Positions 1 through 9,393 of a stretch of 64,000 nucleotides of DNA are shown one piece after another. The stretch's first letter is position 1; the number at the start of each line of letters is the position of its first letter. Under the pieces are notes generated by a model. It was not told where the DNA came from. It did no database searches and was given only the letters and a program-made list of their open reading frames with translations. Position numbers and translations under genes: made by a program. Origin of the DNA: an uncultured Thermodesulfobacteriota bacterium (GTDB lineage Bacteria > Desulfobacterota > GWC2-55-46 > JADFVP01); NCBI GenBank assembly GCA_964567185.1, contig CAZMKZ010000001.1, positions 13,507 through 77,506 of the forward strand. The letters are read 5' to 3'.

Positions 1-1
1 C

Positions 2-307
2 TCGCCCTTTGCCCCTCATATTACCGAGGAGCTCTGGGCACGGCTCGGCGCAGAGGCCGCAGCCCCCCTCTATAAGACCCCATGGCCGGGGTATGATGAG
101 TCTGCCGTTAAGCGCGAAGAGGTAACTCTTGTGGTTCAGATAAACGGCAAGGTAAGGAGCAGGCTCTCTGTTGCGCCTGACGCCTCCGAGGAAGAGGTTA
201 TGGCGATGGTGAAAGGGGACAGCCGTTTAACCGCATGGATAGAGGGCAGGGAAATAAAAAAAGTAATATATGTGCCGGGAAGGATCTTTAACATGGTGGT
301 AAGGTGA
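2..307 (+). CDS. leuS: leucyl-tRNA synthetase, C-terminal fragment (5' end lies outside the window)
   Basis: My own translation of the frame ending at TGA 305-307 gives ...ITEELWARLGAEAAAPLYKTPWPGYDESAVKREEVTLVVQINGKVR...VIYVPGRIFNMVVR*, a typical LeuS C-terminus. A leuS-lptE-holA order is conserved. Confidence 0.85.
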   Translation, partial: SPFAPHITEELWARLGAEAAAPLYKTPWPGYDESAVKREEVTLVVQINGKVRSRLSVAPDASEEEVMAMVKGDSRLTAWIEGREIKKVIYVPGRIFNMVVR

Positions 308-831
308 AGTCAAGAAGCTCCCTGATATACATAAGAGGACTATCAGCCTTGCTCCTCATGGCGCTCTCTTTTACGGGCTGCGGCTATCATATCGCCGGAA
401 AATCAGGGACCATGCCCGGAGGCATTAAGGAACTTACCATACCCGTTTTTGTTAACGCCACCTCAAAGCCCGACATAGAGGGCATTATTACATCGGCCTT
501 TGTCAGCGAGTTTGTCACTACCGTAAATATCAACAAAGAGGCCGGTTCGGAGTTGAAGGGCACTATTATATCCTATAGCCTCAGGGGCGTTTCATTTACG
601 GGACAGGACGTGACCAAGGAATACAGGCTTACCGTAGGCGTTAGTATTGCCGTAAGGAATAAAAAGGACGGCCGCGTCATCTGGCAGGACAATGGGATTA
701 CAGACTACGAAGACTTCAAGGTAGACACCGCCGACGTTACCCACACCGAGGAGGTGGAGATAGAGGCATTCAAAAAACTCTCAAAAGATGTAGCCCGAAA
801 GATAAAAGAGAGGATGCTTGAGGGCTTTTAG
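304..831 (+). CDS. lptE: LPS-assembly lipoprotein LptE (RlpB)
   Basis: GTG start overlaps the leuS stop. Signal peptide with lipobox LSFTGC, followed by the GYHIAGKSG motif typical of LptE. Sits between leuS and holA. Confidence 0.75.
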   Translation: MKSRSSLIYIRGLSALLLMALSFTGCGYHIAGKSGTMPGGIKELTIPVFVNATSKPDIEGIITSAFVSEFVTTVNINKEAGSELKGTIISYSLRGVSFTGQDVTKEYRLTVGVSIAVRNKKDGRVIWQDNGITDYEDFKVDTADVTHTEEVEIEAFKKLSKDVARKIKERMLEGF

Positions 832-865
832 CCGGCCCTGCGATAAAGCCCCGAAAGAGGCCCCT

Positions 866-1831
866 GTGACAAAAAGACCATTTGAAAAACCCGTCTACTA
901 TATATACGGCCCGGAGAGCTGTCTCCTTGACGACTTTTTGGACAGGCTGAAGGACGCCGTCCTGACGCCCGGTTTCGAGTCCATGAACTATCATGTCTAT
1001 TATGCCGAGAGCCTTGATATTACAGAGGCCCTTACAGAGGCAAAGACCATGCCCGCCTTCTCCGATAGGAGGCTGATAGTGATTAAGAAGGCCTCTTCAC
1101 TAAGGGCCGCGGCCAAGGAGGCCTTGCTGGGGTACCTATCGGATCCGTCCCCATGGTCTGTGCTCGTCTTTGTGGCCAATAAGGCCAAGCCCGGTTTGCA
1201 GGGAAAATTCCTTGCGGCGCTCAAGGCAAAGGGCGAGGTTAAGGCTTTGCGGCCTCCCTACGAGGAAAAGATCGGTGAATGGCTAACCAAAGAGGCCCGG
1301 TCTTATGGCAAGACCATTAGCCGTGAGGCATGCGAAAACCTTATAGGGCTTACGGGCGGCTCGCTTACGGCCCTGAAGTCGGAATTTACGAAGATTATAC
1401 TCTTTACAGGTGATAAAAAGCGGATAGACGCGGACGATGTTGCCGAGGCCGGCCTTGACGTAAAGGCCGATACCATCTTCAATCTTTCCGACGCCATCGG
1501 CAACAGGGACCTTAAGAAGGCCTTTTCCCTCTACGCCAGGCTCTCAACTGAGCCCTCCCTTCTTATAATAGGGGCCATAGCGAGGCATATGCGTGTGCTT
1601 ATCAAGCTCAAGACGGCCATGCAAGAGGGACTGCCCGCTAAAAGCCTGGCCTCCGTGGCCGGGGTTCCGCCATTTACTCTAAAAAAGTACAGGGAGAGTT
1701 GCCGCCTCTTTACCATGGAAGAGCTGAAGAGGGCCATAAGGTATCTCTTTGAGATGGATAAGGGCCTTAAGACCAGCGCCCTTCCAGAGGAGGTTGCCAT
1801 GACAAACCTTATTATCAGGCTCTGCCAATAG
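866..1831 (+). CDS. holA: DNA polymerase III delta subunit HolA (the track ORF starts at 818; GTG 866 with RBS AAAGAGG is the preferred start)
   Basis: PVYYIYGPESCLLDDFL is the HolA N-terminal motif. 337-aa ORF of the right size. Synteny leuS-lptE-holA. Confidence 0.75.
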   Translation: MTKRPFEKPVYYIYGPESCLLDDFLDRLKDAVLTPGFESMNYHVYYAESLDITEALTEAKTMPAFSDRRLIVIKKASSLRAAAKEALLGYLSDPSPWSVLVFVANKAKPGLQGKFLAALKAKGEVKALRPPYEEKIGEWLTKEARSYGKTISREACENLIGLTGGSLTALKSEFTKIILFTGDKKRIDADDVAEAGLDVKADTIFNLSDAIGNRDLKKAFSLYARLSTEPSLLIIGAIARHMRVLIKLKTAMQEGLPAKSLASVAGVPPFTLKKYRESCRLFTMEELKRAIRYLFEMDKGLKTSALPEEVAMTNLIIRLCQ

Positions 1832-1970
1832 TCCCGCGGCCATGGTTCGGGGCCCCGGCCTCTGGAGTATGAGAGGGCGCAGGCGTCACTATTTGGCGGC
1901 AAGGAAAGAAGCCAGGGTCTTTACGTGGGGGCGCGATGGGAAAGAAGGGGAGGGGTAAGTCCGCATCATA

Positions 1971-2089
1971 AAAAAAGGGGCCCCCTTGAAGGTTGCCCCA
2001 TACATATTGTTATGTCTTTAAACCCCGGCCCTCTTGAATATGCTCTAAAGAGGTTGGTATTGAAAAAAGGGGCCCCCTTGAAGGTTGCC
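1971..2089. repeat. Two identical 27-nt copies (AAAAAAGGGGCCCCCTTGAAGGTTGCC) at 1971-1997 and 2063-2089. On the minus strand each reads as a GGGCCCC hairpin plus T-run terminator for rpsT.
   Basis: Exact direct repeat seen in the sequence. AAGGG-GCC-CCCTT stem-loop followed by an A-run on the plus strand, which is a T-run on the minus strand. Confidence 0.5.
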
Positions 2090-2196
2090 ACTTTTTAAAG
2101 ATTTTCGGCCTGATATAACGGCCCTGTTGTCAGACGGCCTTTTTAAACAATCGGCCTGCGCCATTGAAGAGCAAACCCTTAACCGTGCCCCGGCCC

Positions 2197-2466
2197 TTAG
2201 CCGTTGGTGATGGAGTTGGCCTGTTTTGTGAGGCGCGATATCTTTCTTGCGGCGTTGTTTTTATGAATAATGCCCTTTGAGACGGCCCTGTCAAGAAGGC
2301 GTGTTGTGACGGAAAGGGAGGCGCCTGCTTCCTCTGCCTTGGACTCGGCTATGGCAAGGCGTGTTTTCTTAACGGCGCTCCTTACCGTTGATTTTATGGC
2401 AGCGTTTCTTACCCGCCTCTTTTCGCTCTGCCTGTGTCTCTTAAGGGCTGATTTATGGTTGGCCAA
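2197..2466 (-). CDS. rpsT: 30S ribosomal protein S20
   Basis: MANHKSALKRHRQSEKRRVRNAAIKSTVRSAVKK... is a textbook S20. Confidence 0.95.
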   Translation of the reverse strand: MANHKSALKRHRQSEKRRVRNAAIKSTVRSAVKKTRLAIAESKAEEAGASLSVTTRLLDRAVSKGIIHKNNAARKISRLTKQANSITNG

Positions 2467-2654
2467 TTCACATCTCCTTCTGTTGTTGCTATTTGATAGT
2501 ATTATAATAAGGAATAATTTGTTATATTATTCTTAAAATTGGTTCCTGTCAAGTATTTATGTCTTTAAGATGTGAGCTGGCAGGGTCTTTTTTTTGTAAT
2601 AAACATCGGTATGGCCTGATTAAGGGGCCATGGGCATCTTTTGAGTAAAGGCGC

Positions 2655-4220
2655 ATGACCAAGGGAAGTCATTCAAGAAAAATAGCCGCAGGGGCCTCCA
2701 TTGTGGGCGGTGCAACGGTCCTCAGCAGGATATTAGGCTACATACGTGATATGGCCATAGCCTATTATTTCGGCGCAGGCGCCCTCTCGGACGCCTTTTT
2801 TGTGGCCTTCAGGATATCAAACCTCTTGCGCCGGCTTGTGGGCGAGGGCGCGCTGACCTCGTCGTTTATACCAATATTCCTTGACGAACGGACACGGCGG
2901 GAAGACGAAGACCTCAAGGGGCTTGTGAGCGGCGTCTTTACGCTCTTTACCATCATACTTATTGTGGTCACCTTTCTCGGCATATTTTTTTCCGAGGACC
3001 TCGTGGCCCTCATGTCGCCGGGTTTCCTCTCCGACCCGGAAAAATTCGCACTTACCGTAAATCTTACAAGGCTCATGTTCCCCTATATGATATTCGTGGG
3101 GCTAATGGCCATAGGCATGGGGGTATTGAACTCCCTCAAGCACTTTACGGCGCCTGCGCTTGCCCCCGTATTTTTTAATATAGCCATCATCTCTTCCATA
3201 CTCCTCATTTCCCCTTTTCTTCAGCAGTCCGTCTACGCCCTTGCCATTGGTGTGCTCATAGGCGGCACGCTTCAGTTCGCCATTATGCTGCCATGGCTCA
3301 AGCAATACGGCTTCATGCCCTATATATCCTTCAGGTTCAGGGATAGCGCCATACTTAAGATATTCAAGCTCATGGGACCGGCGGCCTTCGGTATCGGCAT
3401 CTATCAGTTGAATATCTTTATTGTCCTCTGGTTTGCCTCGTCTCTTTCCGAGGGTAGCGTGAGTTATCTGTATTACGCTGGCAGGCTCATGGAACTGCCC
3501 CTTGGCATATTCGGCGTGGCCATCTCAACGGCGGCCCTGCCAAGCCTATCGGAGTGCGCGGCAAAGGGGCAGTGGAGCGGTTTTATGGAGTCCCTTGGTT
3601 ATGCCCTGCGTCTGGTGCTCTTTCTGACCATACCTGCCGCGGTTGGGCTTGTCATCTTGAGCCTCCCTGTCATAGAGACCCTCTTCAGCCACGGAGAGTT
3701 CAGGGAAGGGGCCGCCCACGCAACGTCCATGGCCCTCTATTATTACGCGCCGGGCCTTGTTCCCGTGGCCCTGTACCGCATACTCACATCTGTCTTCTAC
3801 TCATTGAAAGACACCGTTACTCCCGTGGCCGTGGCCTTTGTCACACTCATAATCAACGTTTTTTTCTGCTTTATCCTTGTGGGGCCCATGCAGCACGCCG
3901 GGCTTGCCCTTGCCACCACCATATCGGCCCTTTTCAATATGGCGGCCCTATTGTTCCTCCTCAGGAAAAAGATAGGAGCATTTGACTGGGCAGGTCTTTT
4001 AATATCCGCTCTTAAGAATCTGACTGCCGCCCTTGTAATGGGCGGGGCCGTATATCTTATCTTCTACGTGCCGGGTTTCAACGAGGCCGGACGGCTCCTG
4101 AAGATGGTCACCCTCGGTGGGACCATCCTTGCCGGCGTCTTTGTGTATATAGGCTCCTCACAGCTCCTCAAGGTGCCTGAAGTGGCGTTTTTAAAGGGGT
4201 TTTTCTTAAAAGGGCGTTAA
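2655..4220 (+). CDS. murJ: lipid II flippase MurJ (MviN)
   Basis: 521 aa and polytopic. The N-terminus IVGGATVLSRILGYIRDMAIAYYFGAG is the MurJ signature. Confidence 0.9.
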   Translation: MTKGSHSRKIAAGASIVGGATVLSRILGYIRDMAIAYYFGAGALSDAFFVAFRISNLLRRLVGEGALTSSFIPIFLDERTRREDEDLKGLVSGVFTLFTIILIVVTFLGIFFSEDLVALMSPGFLSDPEKFALTVNLTRLMFPYMIFVGLMAIGMGVLNSLKHFTAPALAPVFFNIAIISSILLISPFLQQSVYALAIGVLIGGTLQFAIMLPWLKQYGFMPYISFRFRDSAILKIFKLMGPAAFGIGIYQLNIFIVLWFASSLSEGSVSYLYYAGRLMELPLGIFGVAISTAALPSLSECAAKGQWSGFMESLGYALRLVLFLTIPAAVGLVILSLPVIETLFSHGEFREGAAHATSMALYYYAPGLVPVALYRILTSVFYSLKDTVTPVAVAFVTLIINVFFCFILVGPMQHAGLALATTISALFNMAALLFLLRKKIGAFDWAGLLISALKNLTAALVMGGAVYLIFYVPGFNEAGRLLKMVTLGGTILAGVFVYIGSSQLLKVPEVAFLKGFFLKGR

Positions 4221-4422
4221 AGGCCCCTCTGCTCATGGTTGCCCGATAAAAAATAGACCGCCTAATCCTAACCTCTTGTTTTATAAGCGAAAAATAGTGA
4301 TGAAAAAATAGGCAATCTGCCATTGCCCCCATAGTTGATTGACTATAAGAGCAAAATTCAGGGGGTTTTCAACAAGTTATTCACAGGTGTTGGGGATACA
4401 TCCTGAAGGTCTTGTTTTTGCG

Positions 4423-5220
4423 CTATTTTTTCTTTTCTTCCACCTTGGCCTCTTCCCATAGCTGGTTCAGCCTATCCATCCCCATCCCGGCGATGCCGTG
4501 GTCCTGGGCGGCCTTTTTTTCCACGTAGTGGAAGCGGTCAACGAACTTTACGATGGTCTTTCTAAGGGCCTCCTCCGGGCTTACCTCAAGGAATCTCCCG
4601 GCGTTTACCAGGGTAAAGAGGAGGTCTCCGAGCTCTTCTTCCATGGCACGGCTGTCTTTATTCCTTATGGCCTCCTCGAACTCGCCAAGCTCTTCAGTGA
4701 CCTTTTCCATAACCCCTTTAATATCAGGCCACTCAAAGCCGGCCTTTGCCGCCTTCTTGCTTATCTTGTGTGCCCTCATGAGCGAGGGCATGGCAGAGGG
4801 CACCTCAAAAAGGGAGCCCCGGGGTTTTTGTTTCTTCTCTCCCTCTTTTATCTCTTCCCAGCGCGCAAGGACCTCGGCGGGGGTCTCGGCTGTGGCGTCA
4901 CCAAAGACATGGGGGTGGCGGCGTATCATCTTTTCCACGGACAGGTCCATGACCTCTTCTATATTCCCTTTGCCCTCTTCTTCGAGGATACGGCAGGAGA
5001 AGATTACCTGAAACAAGAGGTCGCCGAGCTCTTCTTTTATATGCGGGACATCGCCGGAGTCAATGGCCGAGACCACCTCGTAGGCCTCTTCGATGATAAA
5101 GGGGGTGAGGCTTGTGAGGTTCTGCGCCCTGTCCCAGGGACAGCCGCCCTCGCCACGCAGCCTCTCCATGAGGGCCTTTAGCCTTGTTAACCCCGTGCCT
5201 TCCACTGATTTTGTCTCCAT
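4423..5220 (-). CDS. mazG: nucleoside triphosphate pyrophosphohydrolase MazG
   Basis: Tandem MazG domains carrying EEAYEV..ELGDLLFQV and EELGEFEEA..ELGDLLFTLV motifs. Confidence 0.85.
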   Translation of the reverse strand: METKSVEGTGLTRLKALMERLRGEGGCPWDRAQNLTSLTPFIIEEAYEVVSAIDSGDVPHIKEELGDLLFQVIFSCRILEEEGKGNIEEVMDLSVEKMIRRHPHVFGDATAETPAEVLARWEEIKEGEKKQKPRGSLFEVPSAMPSLMRAHKISKKAAKAGFEWPDIKGVMEKVTEELGEFEEAIRNKDSRAMEEELGDLLFTLVNAGRFLEVSPEEALRKTIVKFVDRFHYVEKKAAQDHGIAGMGMDRLNQLWEEAKVEEKKK

Positions 5221-5804
5221 TAGCAGTCCTTTTTCCTTGTTGAACGCATGCTGAGTTCCTGCCTTGTGTTAATGTTGGCTACGGAGGCCTCTATATCCAC
5301 GCCTTTGAAGTCACTCTCTGTGAGTCTCTTTACCTTTACCCTGTCAAAGAGGGTCATTATTCGCAGGTCCTTTTTTTTAATCATCTCTTCTATCGGGTCA
5401 AGGCATCTTTTGTCGTACATGGCGTGCATGGGGTGAAGCCTCCCGCCTATAAAGGGCACAACCACAAGGGCGCCTTCTGCTGGGGTTGAGATAAGCCTTT
5501 GTACGGCCCCTGCGTTTATGTCGGGCATATCGCAGGCCGTTACAAAGGCCTGCTCTGAGCTTGAGTTCAGGAGCGCAGTATAGATGCCTCCGAGGCTTCC
5601 CGCGCCCTTGTAAAAATCGGGTATGGCCTCTGCGCCGAGCCCCTTGAAGAGATTGACCTCGTCGGCTATGATGAGCTTCCGGTCGAATACCTCGCTCAAG
5701 ACACCGAGGACCCGCTCGATAATGGCAGTGCCGTCCACCTCTATGAAGGCCTTGTTGGCGCCCATGCGCCTGCTCTGCCCCCCGGCAAGGACGGCCCCTG
5801 TCAT
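5220..5804 (-). CDS. mobA: molybdenum cofactor guanylyltransferase MobA
   Basis: GAVLAGGQSRRMGANKAF at the N-terminus and an MobA-like fold of ~190 aa. Adjacent to mobB. Confidence 0.8.
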   Translation of the reverse strand: MTGAVLAGGQSRRMGANKAFIEVDGTAIIERVLGVLSEVFDRKLIIADEVNLFKGLGAEAIPDFYKGAGSLGGIYTALLNSSSEQAFVTACDMPDINAGAVQRLISTPAEGALVVVPFIGGRLHPMHAMYDKRCLDPIEEMIKKKDLRIMTLFDRVKVKRLTESDFKGVDIEASVANINTRQELSMRSTRKKDC

Positions 5805-6304
5805 CTTTTGTCTACCTTTATAATCACATTCTCGATAATATCGGCAACACCCTTGAAGTCGTTAATATCAAGGAGGGGCCTGTCAGTATCCACGGGCCCG
5901 TCGCTTACAACGGCAATGAGGGAGGTATCGTCAATACAGGCGCGGGCCTCAGAGACCGACTTTCTGAAGACCTCAATCTTGGGCAGGTTTCCCGTCTTGT
6001 AGCCCTCTGTTATGACAACGTCAAGGTCGTTCATGAACGTGCCGATAGCCTCGGTAAGGGGCATCTCAACATCGGTGCTCTTGATAAAGGCCATTTTTTC
6101 CTTTGAGGTAATGAGAACGCTCACGGCCCCGGCCTGCTTGTGACGCCACGAGTCTTTTCCCTCGCGGTCTATCTCGAACCTGTGGGCATCGTGTTTTATG
6201 GTGCCCACCCTGAACCCCCTTTCCGTTAGTTCGGCCACTACCTTTACGATAAGCGTAGTCTTGCCGGAGCCGGAAAACCCTATTATGGATACCGCTGGAA
6301 TCAT
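5801..6304 (-). CDS. mobB: molybdopterin-guanine dinucleotide biosynthesis adaptor MobB
   Basis: P-loop IGFSGSGKTTL ... GTIKHDAHRFEIDREGKDSW is the MobB signature. Confidence 0.85.
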   Translation of the reverse strand: MIPAVSIIGFSGSGKTTLIVKVVAELTERGFRVGTIKHDAHRFEIDREGKDSWRHKQAGAVSVLITSKEKMAFIKSTDVEMPLTEAIGTFMNDLDVVITEGYKTGNLPKIEVFRKSVSEARACIDDTSLIAVVSDGPVDTDRPLLDINDFKGVADIIENVIIKVDKR

Positions 6305-6547
6305 ATTTTTACTCTACCTCCACGGGTTAAAAGCCGATTAAAATTGATTAAGATAAGAAAAGGATATCAGAGGGTTACGGCGCCTGTCAAATCCAAAAAT
6401 CCCTGTGCCGCAGGCCGCCCTCCCATTAAATGATATGCCTTTACATATGAAAAGCATTTGATTATGGTCTATGATAAACTTACTTGGGGTCTGCTGTGGG
6501 CGAGGGGAAAAAGGGGAGCAGGGGATTATTAAAAAAATGGGGGTCTT

Positions 6548-7981
6548 ATGAAAAAGATACTCAGTAAGCCGAGAGACCTGCCCTCCGTAGAGGCATTGGC
6601 AAACGAAGAGTGCCTTGCAGGGCTCAGAGCTGATTACGGGGCGATCCTCGTGACGGACTCGGCGCGCGCTGTCATTGATGAGGCAAGAGATATACTGTCT
6701 TTTGGGCAAAAGGGCGTAAAGGGCGGTGAGGGGGGCGAATCCATCAGCGTTGATGTGCTTTTGAGCAGAGTGGTTGAGAGGGTGGAGGCCGTCATGGGCG
6801 GCGGGCTACGCAAAGTGATAAACGCCACGGGCACTGTCCTGCATACCAACCTCGGCAGAAGCGTGCTCTGCGACGAGGCCCTTCGCAAGGTTGCCCTTGC
6901 CTGCGCCTCGTACACGGACCTTGAGTTTGATATCGGCAGGGGAGCGCGGGGTGAACGCGATTCATTTTCCGTATCCCTTATAAAACAGCTTACTGGATGC
7001 GCTGAGGCCTCTATTGTTAACAACAACGCCGCGGCCCTGCTCATTACCCTTAATACGCTGGCCGAGGGCAGGGAGGTCATCATATCAAGGGGCGAGCTTA
7101 TAGAGATAGGCGGCTCATTCCGTCTGCCCGATATTATCACTAAGAGCGGCTGTATCCTGCGGGAAGTCGGCACTACGAACAGGACGCACGCCGCAGACTA
7201 CGTAAAGGCCATAGGGGAGAAGACGGCCCTTATATTGAAGGTCCATACGAGTAACTACACCATTGAGGGCTTTACGAGCGAGGTGGGCCTCAAGGAGCTT
7301 GTCTCTATTGGGGCGAAATACAACGTGCCCGTAGTGGAAGACCTTGGAAGCGGCGCTCTGCTTGACCTTACCGCCTATGGCCTGCCCCATGAGCCCCTTG
7401 TCTCGGAGAGCATCCGCGCAGGGGCGGGGTGCGTCACCTTCAGCGGAGACAAGCTCCTTGGCGGCCCGCAGGCAGGGCTTATTGCCGGAAATATGGACCT
7501 TGTGGAGAGGATAAGAAAAAATCCCCTCAAGAGGTCGCTTCGGGCGGGGAAACTAACGCTTGCCGCCCTTGAGGAGACCTTGAAATTGTATTTAACGCCT
7601 TCGAGGCTTCAAGAGCGCCTTCCGGCCTTGAGGCTCATGACCCGCCCTGTTGACGAAATCGAGGCCATGGCAGAAAAGGCCGCTGATATTATCAATAAGG
7701 ATAAGGGCGCGGGCCTCAATGCAACGGTAGAGGAGGCCAGCAGTGTAATAGGCGGCGGTTCACTGCCTGGCCGAACGCTTCCTACGATGGTAGTCTCCAT
7801 AAGGGGCGGCATGGGCCCCGCGGCTCTTTACAGGGCCTTTCTTGAGGCCCGCCCACCACTGCTCCCTGTGCTTGGAAGGATAAGCAAAGACAGCTTTATC
7901 CTCGACGCCCGCACCGTACTTGATGAAGGGGAATTTTTATCGGCCATCAGCACGATTGTCACCCGTATTAAAGGGGGGTAG
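6548..7981 (+). CDS. selA: L-seryl-tRNA(Sec) selenium transferase SelA
   Basis: 477 aa with an N-terminal SelA domain and the PLP-fold region VINATGTVLHTNLGRS and KVHTSNY, consistent with SelA. Confidence 0.85.
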   Translation: MKKILSKPRDLPSVEALANEECLAGLRADYGAILVTDSARAVIDEARDILSFGQKGVKGGEGGESISVDVLLSRVVERVEAVMGGGLRKVINATGTVLHTNLGRSVLCDEALRKVALACASYTDLEFDIGRGARGERDSFSVSLIKQLTGCAEASIVNNNAAALLITLNTLAEGREVIISRGELIEIGGSFRLPDIITKSGCILREVGTTNRTHAADYVKAIGEKTALILKVHTSNYTIEGFTSEVGLKELVSIGAKYNVPVVEDLGSGALLDLTAYGLPHEPLVSESIRAGAGCVTFSGDKLLGGPQAGLIAGNMDLVERIRKNPLKRSLRAGKLTLAALEETLKLYLTPSRLQERLPALRLMTRPVDEIEAMAEKAADIINKDKGAGLNATVEEASSVIGGGSLPGRTLPTMVVSIRGGMGPAALYRAFLEARPPLLPVLGRISKDSFILDARTVLDEGEFLSAISTIVTRIKGG

Positions 7982-7984
7982 GCC

Positions 7985-8833
7985 ATGAAGAGGACCTTGG
8001 CGCCCATCTCGTTTTTCTTCATTTTCCTTTTTGTTGTGCCATGTTACGCCCTTACTCCGAAAGCGATTCCTGCGGAGCCCCATAACCCTACAATAGGCGA
8101 GACCTTTGCAGGGGAGACTCTTTTATATGATATCGGGTTCTGGATTTTCAAGGAGGTAGCGGTCGCCAAACTTACCCTTACCAGAGAAGAGGGCGGCTAT
8201 AAGGCGGTGCTCAGCGCGCATACAGTTGGTTTTGTGGACACCATGTTTCAGCACAGAAGCGATGTATATACGGCCCATCTGAAGGAGGTAGATGGCGGAC
8301 AGAGGTTTGCCACGGTCTCTCTGACGAGTATTGAGGATATTAACGGCAATGTGAGGCACGGCGTTAAAGAGGTGGACAGGAAGGCCGGAGTATTCACGTG
8401 GCGAAGCTGGGGCGGGGGTAAGGACGAGAGGTCCGGCACGGTGCATTTCCCCCCCAATACATACGTGGACGACCCCCTTGGCGGTTTTTACAATTTTCGT
8501 TTCAACGTATACGGCAAGGCCGCTCCCGGCGCCGAGTTTACCATCACTACTTTTCCAAAAGAGGATTACAAGAACGAGTATATAAAGATGAAGATGGGGC
8601 CGGTGATGAAGACAGGGCAAAAAAACGAAAAAACCGGTGAGCCCGGCGAAGGGGGGGCAGAGGCCGCCTATGTAGCGAGGGTCAAGATGAGTAAAAATGT
8701 CTTTGGCACTGACCTTGCTGATATTGATATATACTTTTCACCGGGGCTTGTGCCCCTCCGGGCCGAGGCTCGGGATATAGTTTTTTTTACCGATGTAACG
8801 GGGACCCTGCGGAGCATGAGCAAGGGGCGTTAG
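7985..8833 (+). CDS. exported hypothetical protein (possibly DUF3108-like)
   Basis: Signal peptide MKRTLAPISFFFIFLFVVPCYA. No recognisable catalytic motif. Confidence 0.4.
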   Translation: MKRTLAPISFFFIFLFVVPCYALTPKAIPAEPHNPTIGETFAGETLLYDIGFWIFKEVAVAKLTLTREEGGYKAVLSAHTVGFVDTMFQHRSDVYTAHLKEVDGGQRFATVSLTSIEDINGNVRHGVKEVDRKAGVFTWRSWGGGKDERSGTVHFPPNTYVDDPLGGFYNFRFNVYGKAAPGAEFTITTFPKEDYKNEYIKMKMGPVMKTGQKNEKTGEPGEGGAEAAYVARVKMSKNVFGTDLADIDIYFSPGLVPLRAEARDIVFFTDVTGTLRSMSKGR

Positions 8834-9086
8834 CCCTTGGGATGGGTGAAGTGAAACGCTCCCGCCAATATTTTTTAGTTGACAAACCATGGAAGAGATT
8901 TTACTGGAAGGCGCAAGGCGGGCGGGTTTCCGGCTCATGAGAGAGGTTGTTCCGGGAATAACGATTTGGCGGGTTATGCCGTGCTTCACTCATCACGCAA
9001 GATTTTTAAATAAATCTCTCCCCTTTATGCCTCCTTTTGTGCTACAAAGGTTATCCATATATTGAATAGAAAAGGAGGGGTGCAAG

Positions 9087-9254
9087 ATGCCGGATATCGA
9101 GATATCCATTACATGCCCGGTCTGTAATAAGGACTTTAAGAAGATGACAAGCCAGCTCAAGAAGGGGACGGTAGTGAAATGTCCTGCCTGCGGCGAAAAG
9201 ACGACGATCAATACCGATATGTTCACCAATATGCTTGAGGAAAAGGAGAACTGA
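9087..9254 (+). CDS. 55-aa zinc-ribbon protein (CPVC...CPAC); absent from the ORF track because it is under 60 aa
   Basis: Strong RBS AAAGGAGGGG sits 6 nt before ATG 9087. Product is MPDIEISITCPVCNKDFKKMTSQLKKGTVVKCPACGEKTTINTDMFTNMLEEKEN*, with two CxxC pairs. Confidence 0.5.
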   Translation: MPDIEISITCPVCNKDFKKMTSQLKKGTVVKCPACGEKTTINTDMFTNMLEEKEN

Positions 9255-9393
9255 GCCCGGAGGCCGATCGCCCGTGCCTGGGAGGTCGGGTGGGCACTAT
9301 CCGGCCTCCATTGTAGGCGCTCATTGGACTTGATGGGTTGTCTCTTAAAGGCATCCGTGCCCTACGTCTAAGCCACTTAAAAGGCCGTCCCGG

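Noticed and set aside
3554-3985. 143-aa alternative-frame ORF within murJ
   Set aside because: It is in the same strand but a different frame from a confidently identified polytopic MurJ. Arg/Pro-rich nonsense translation.
8889-9065. 58-codon plus-strand ORF (MEEILLEGARRAGFRLMREVVPGITIW...) in the gap between the exported-protein gene and the zinc-ribbon gene
   Set aside because: No convincing RBS, no recognisable motif and an odd composition. It may be a leader or sRNA region instead. Kept out of the feature list pending conservation evidence.
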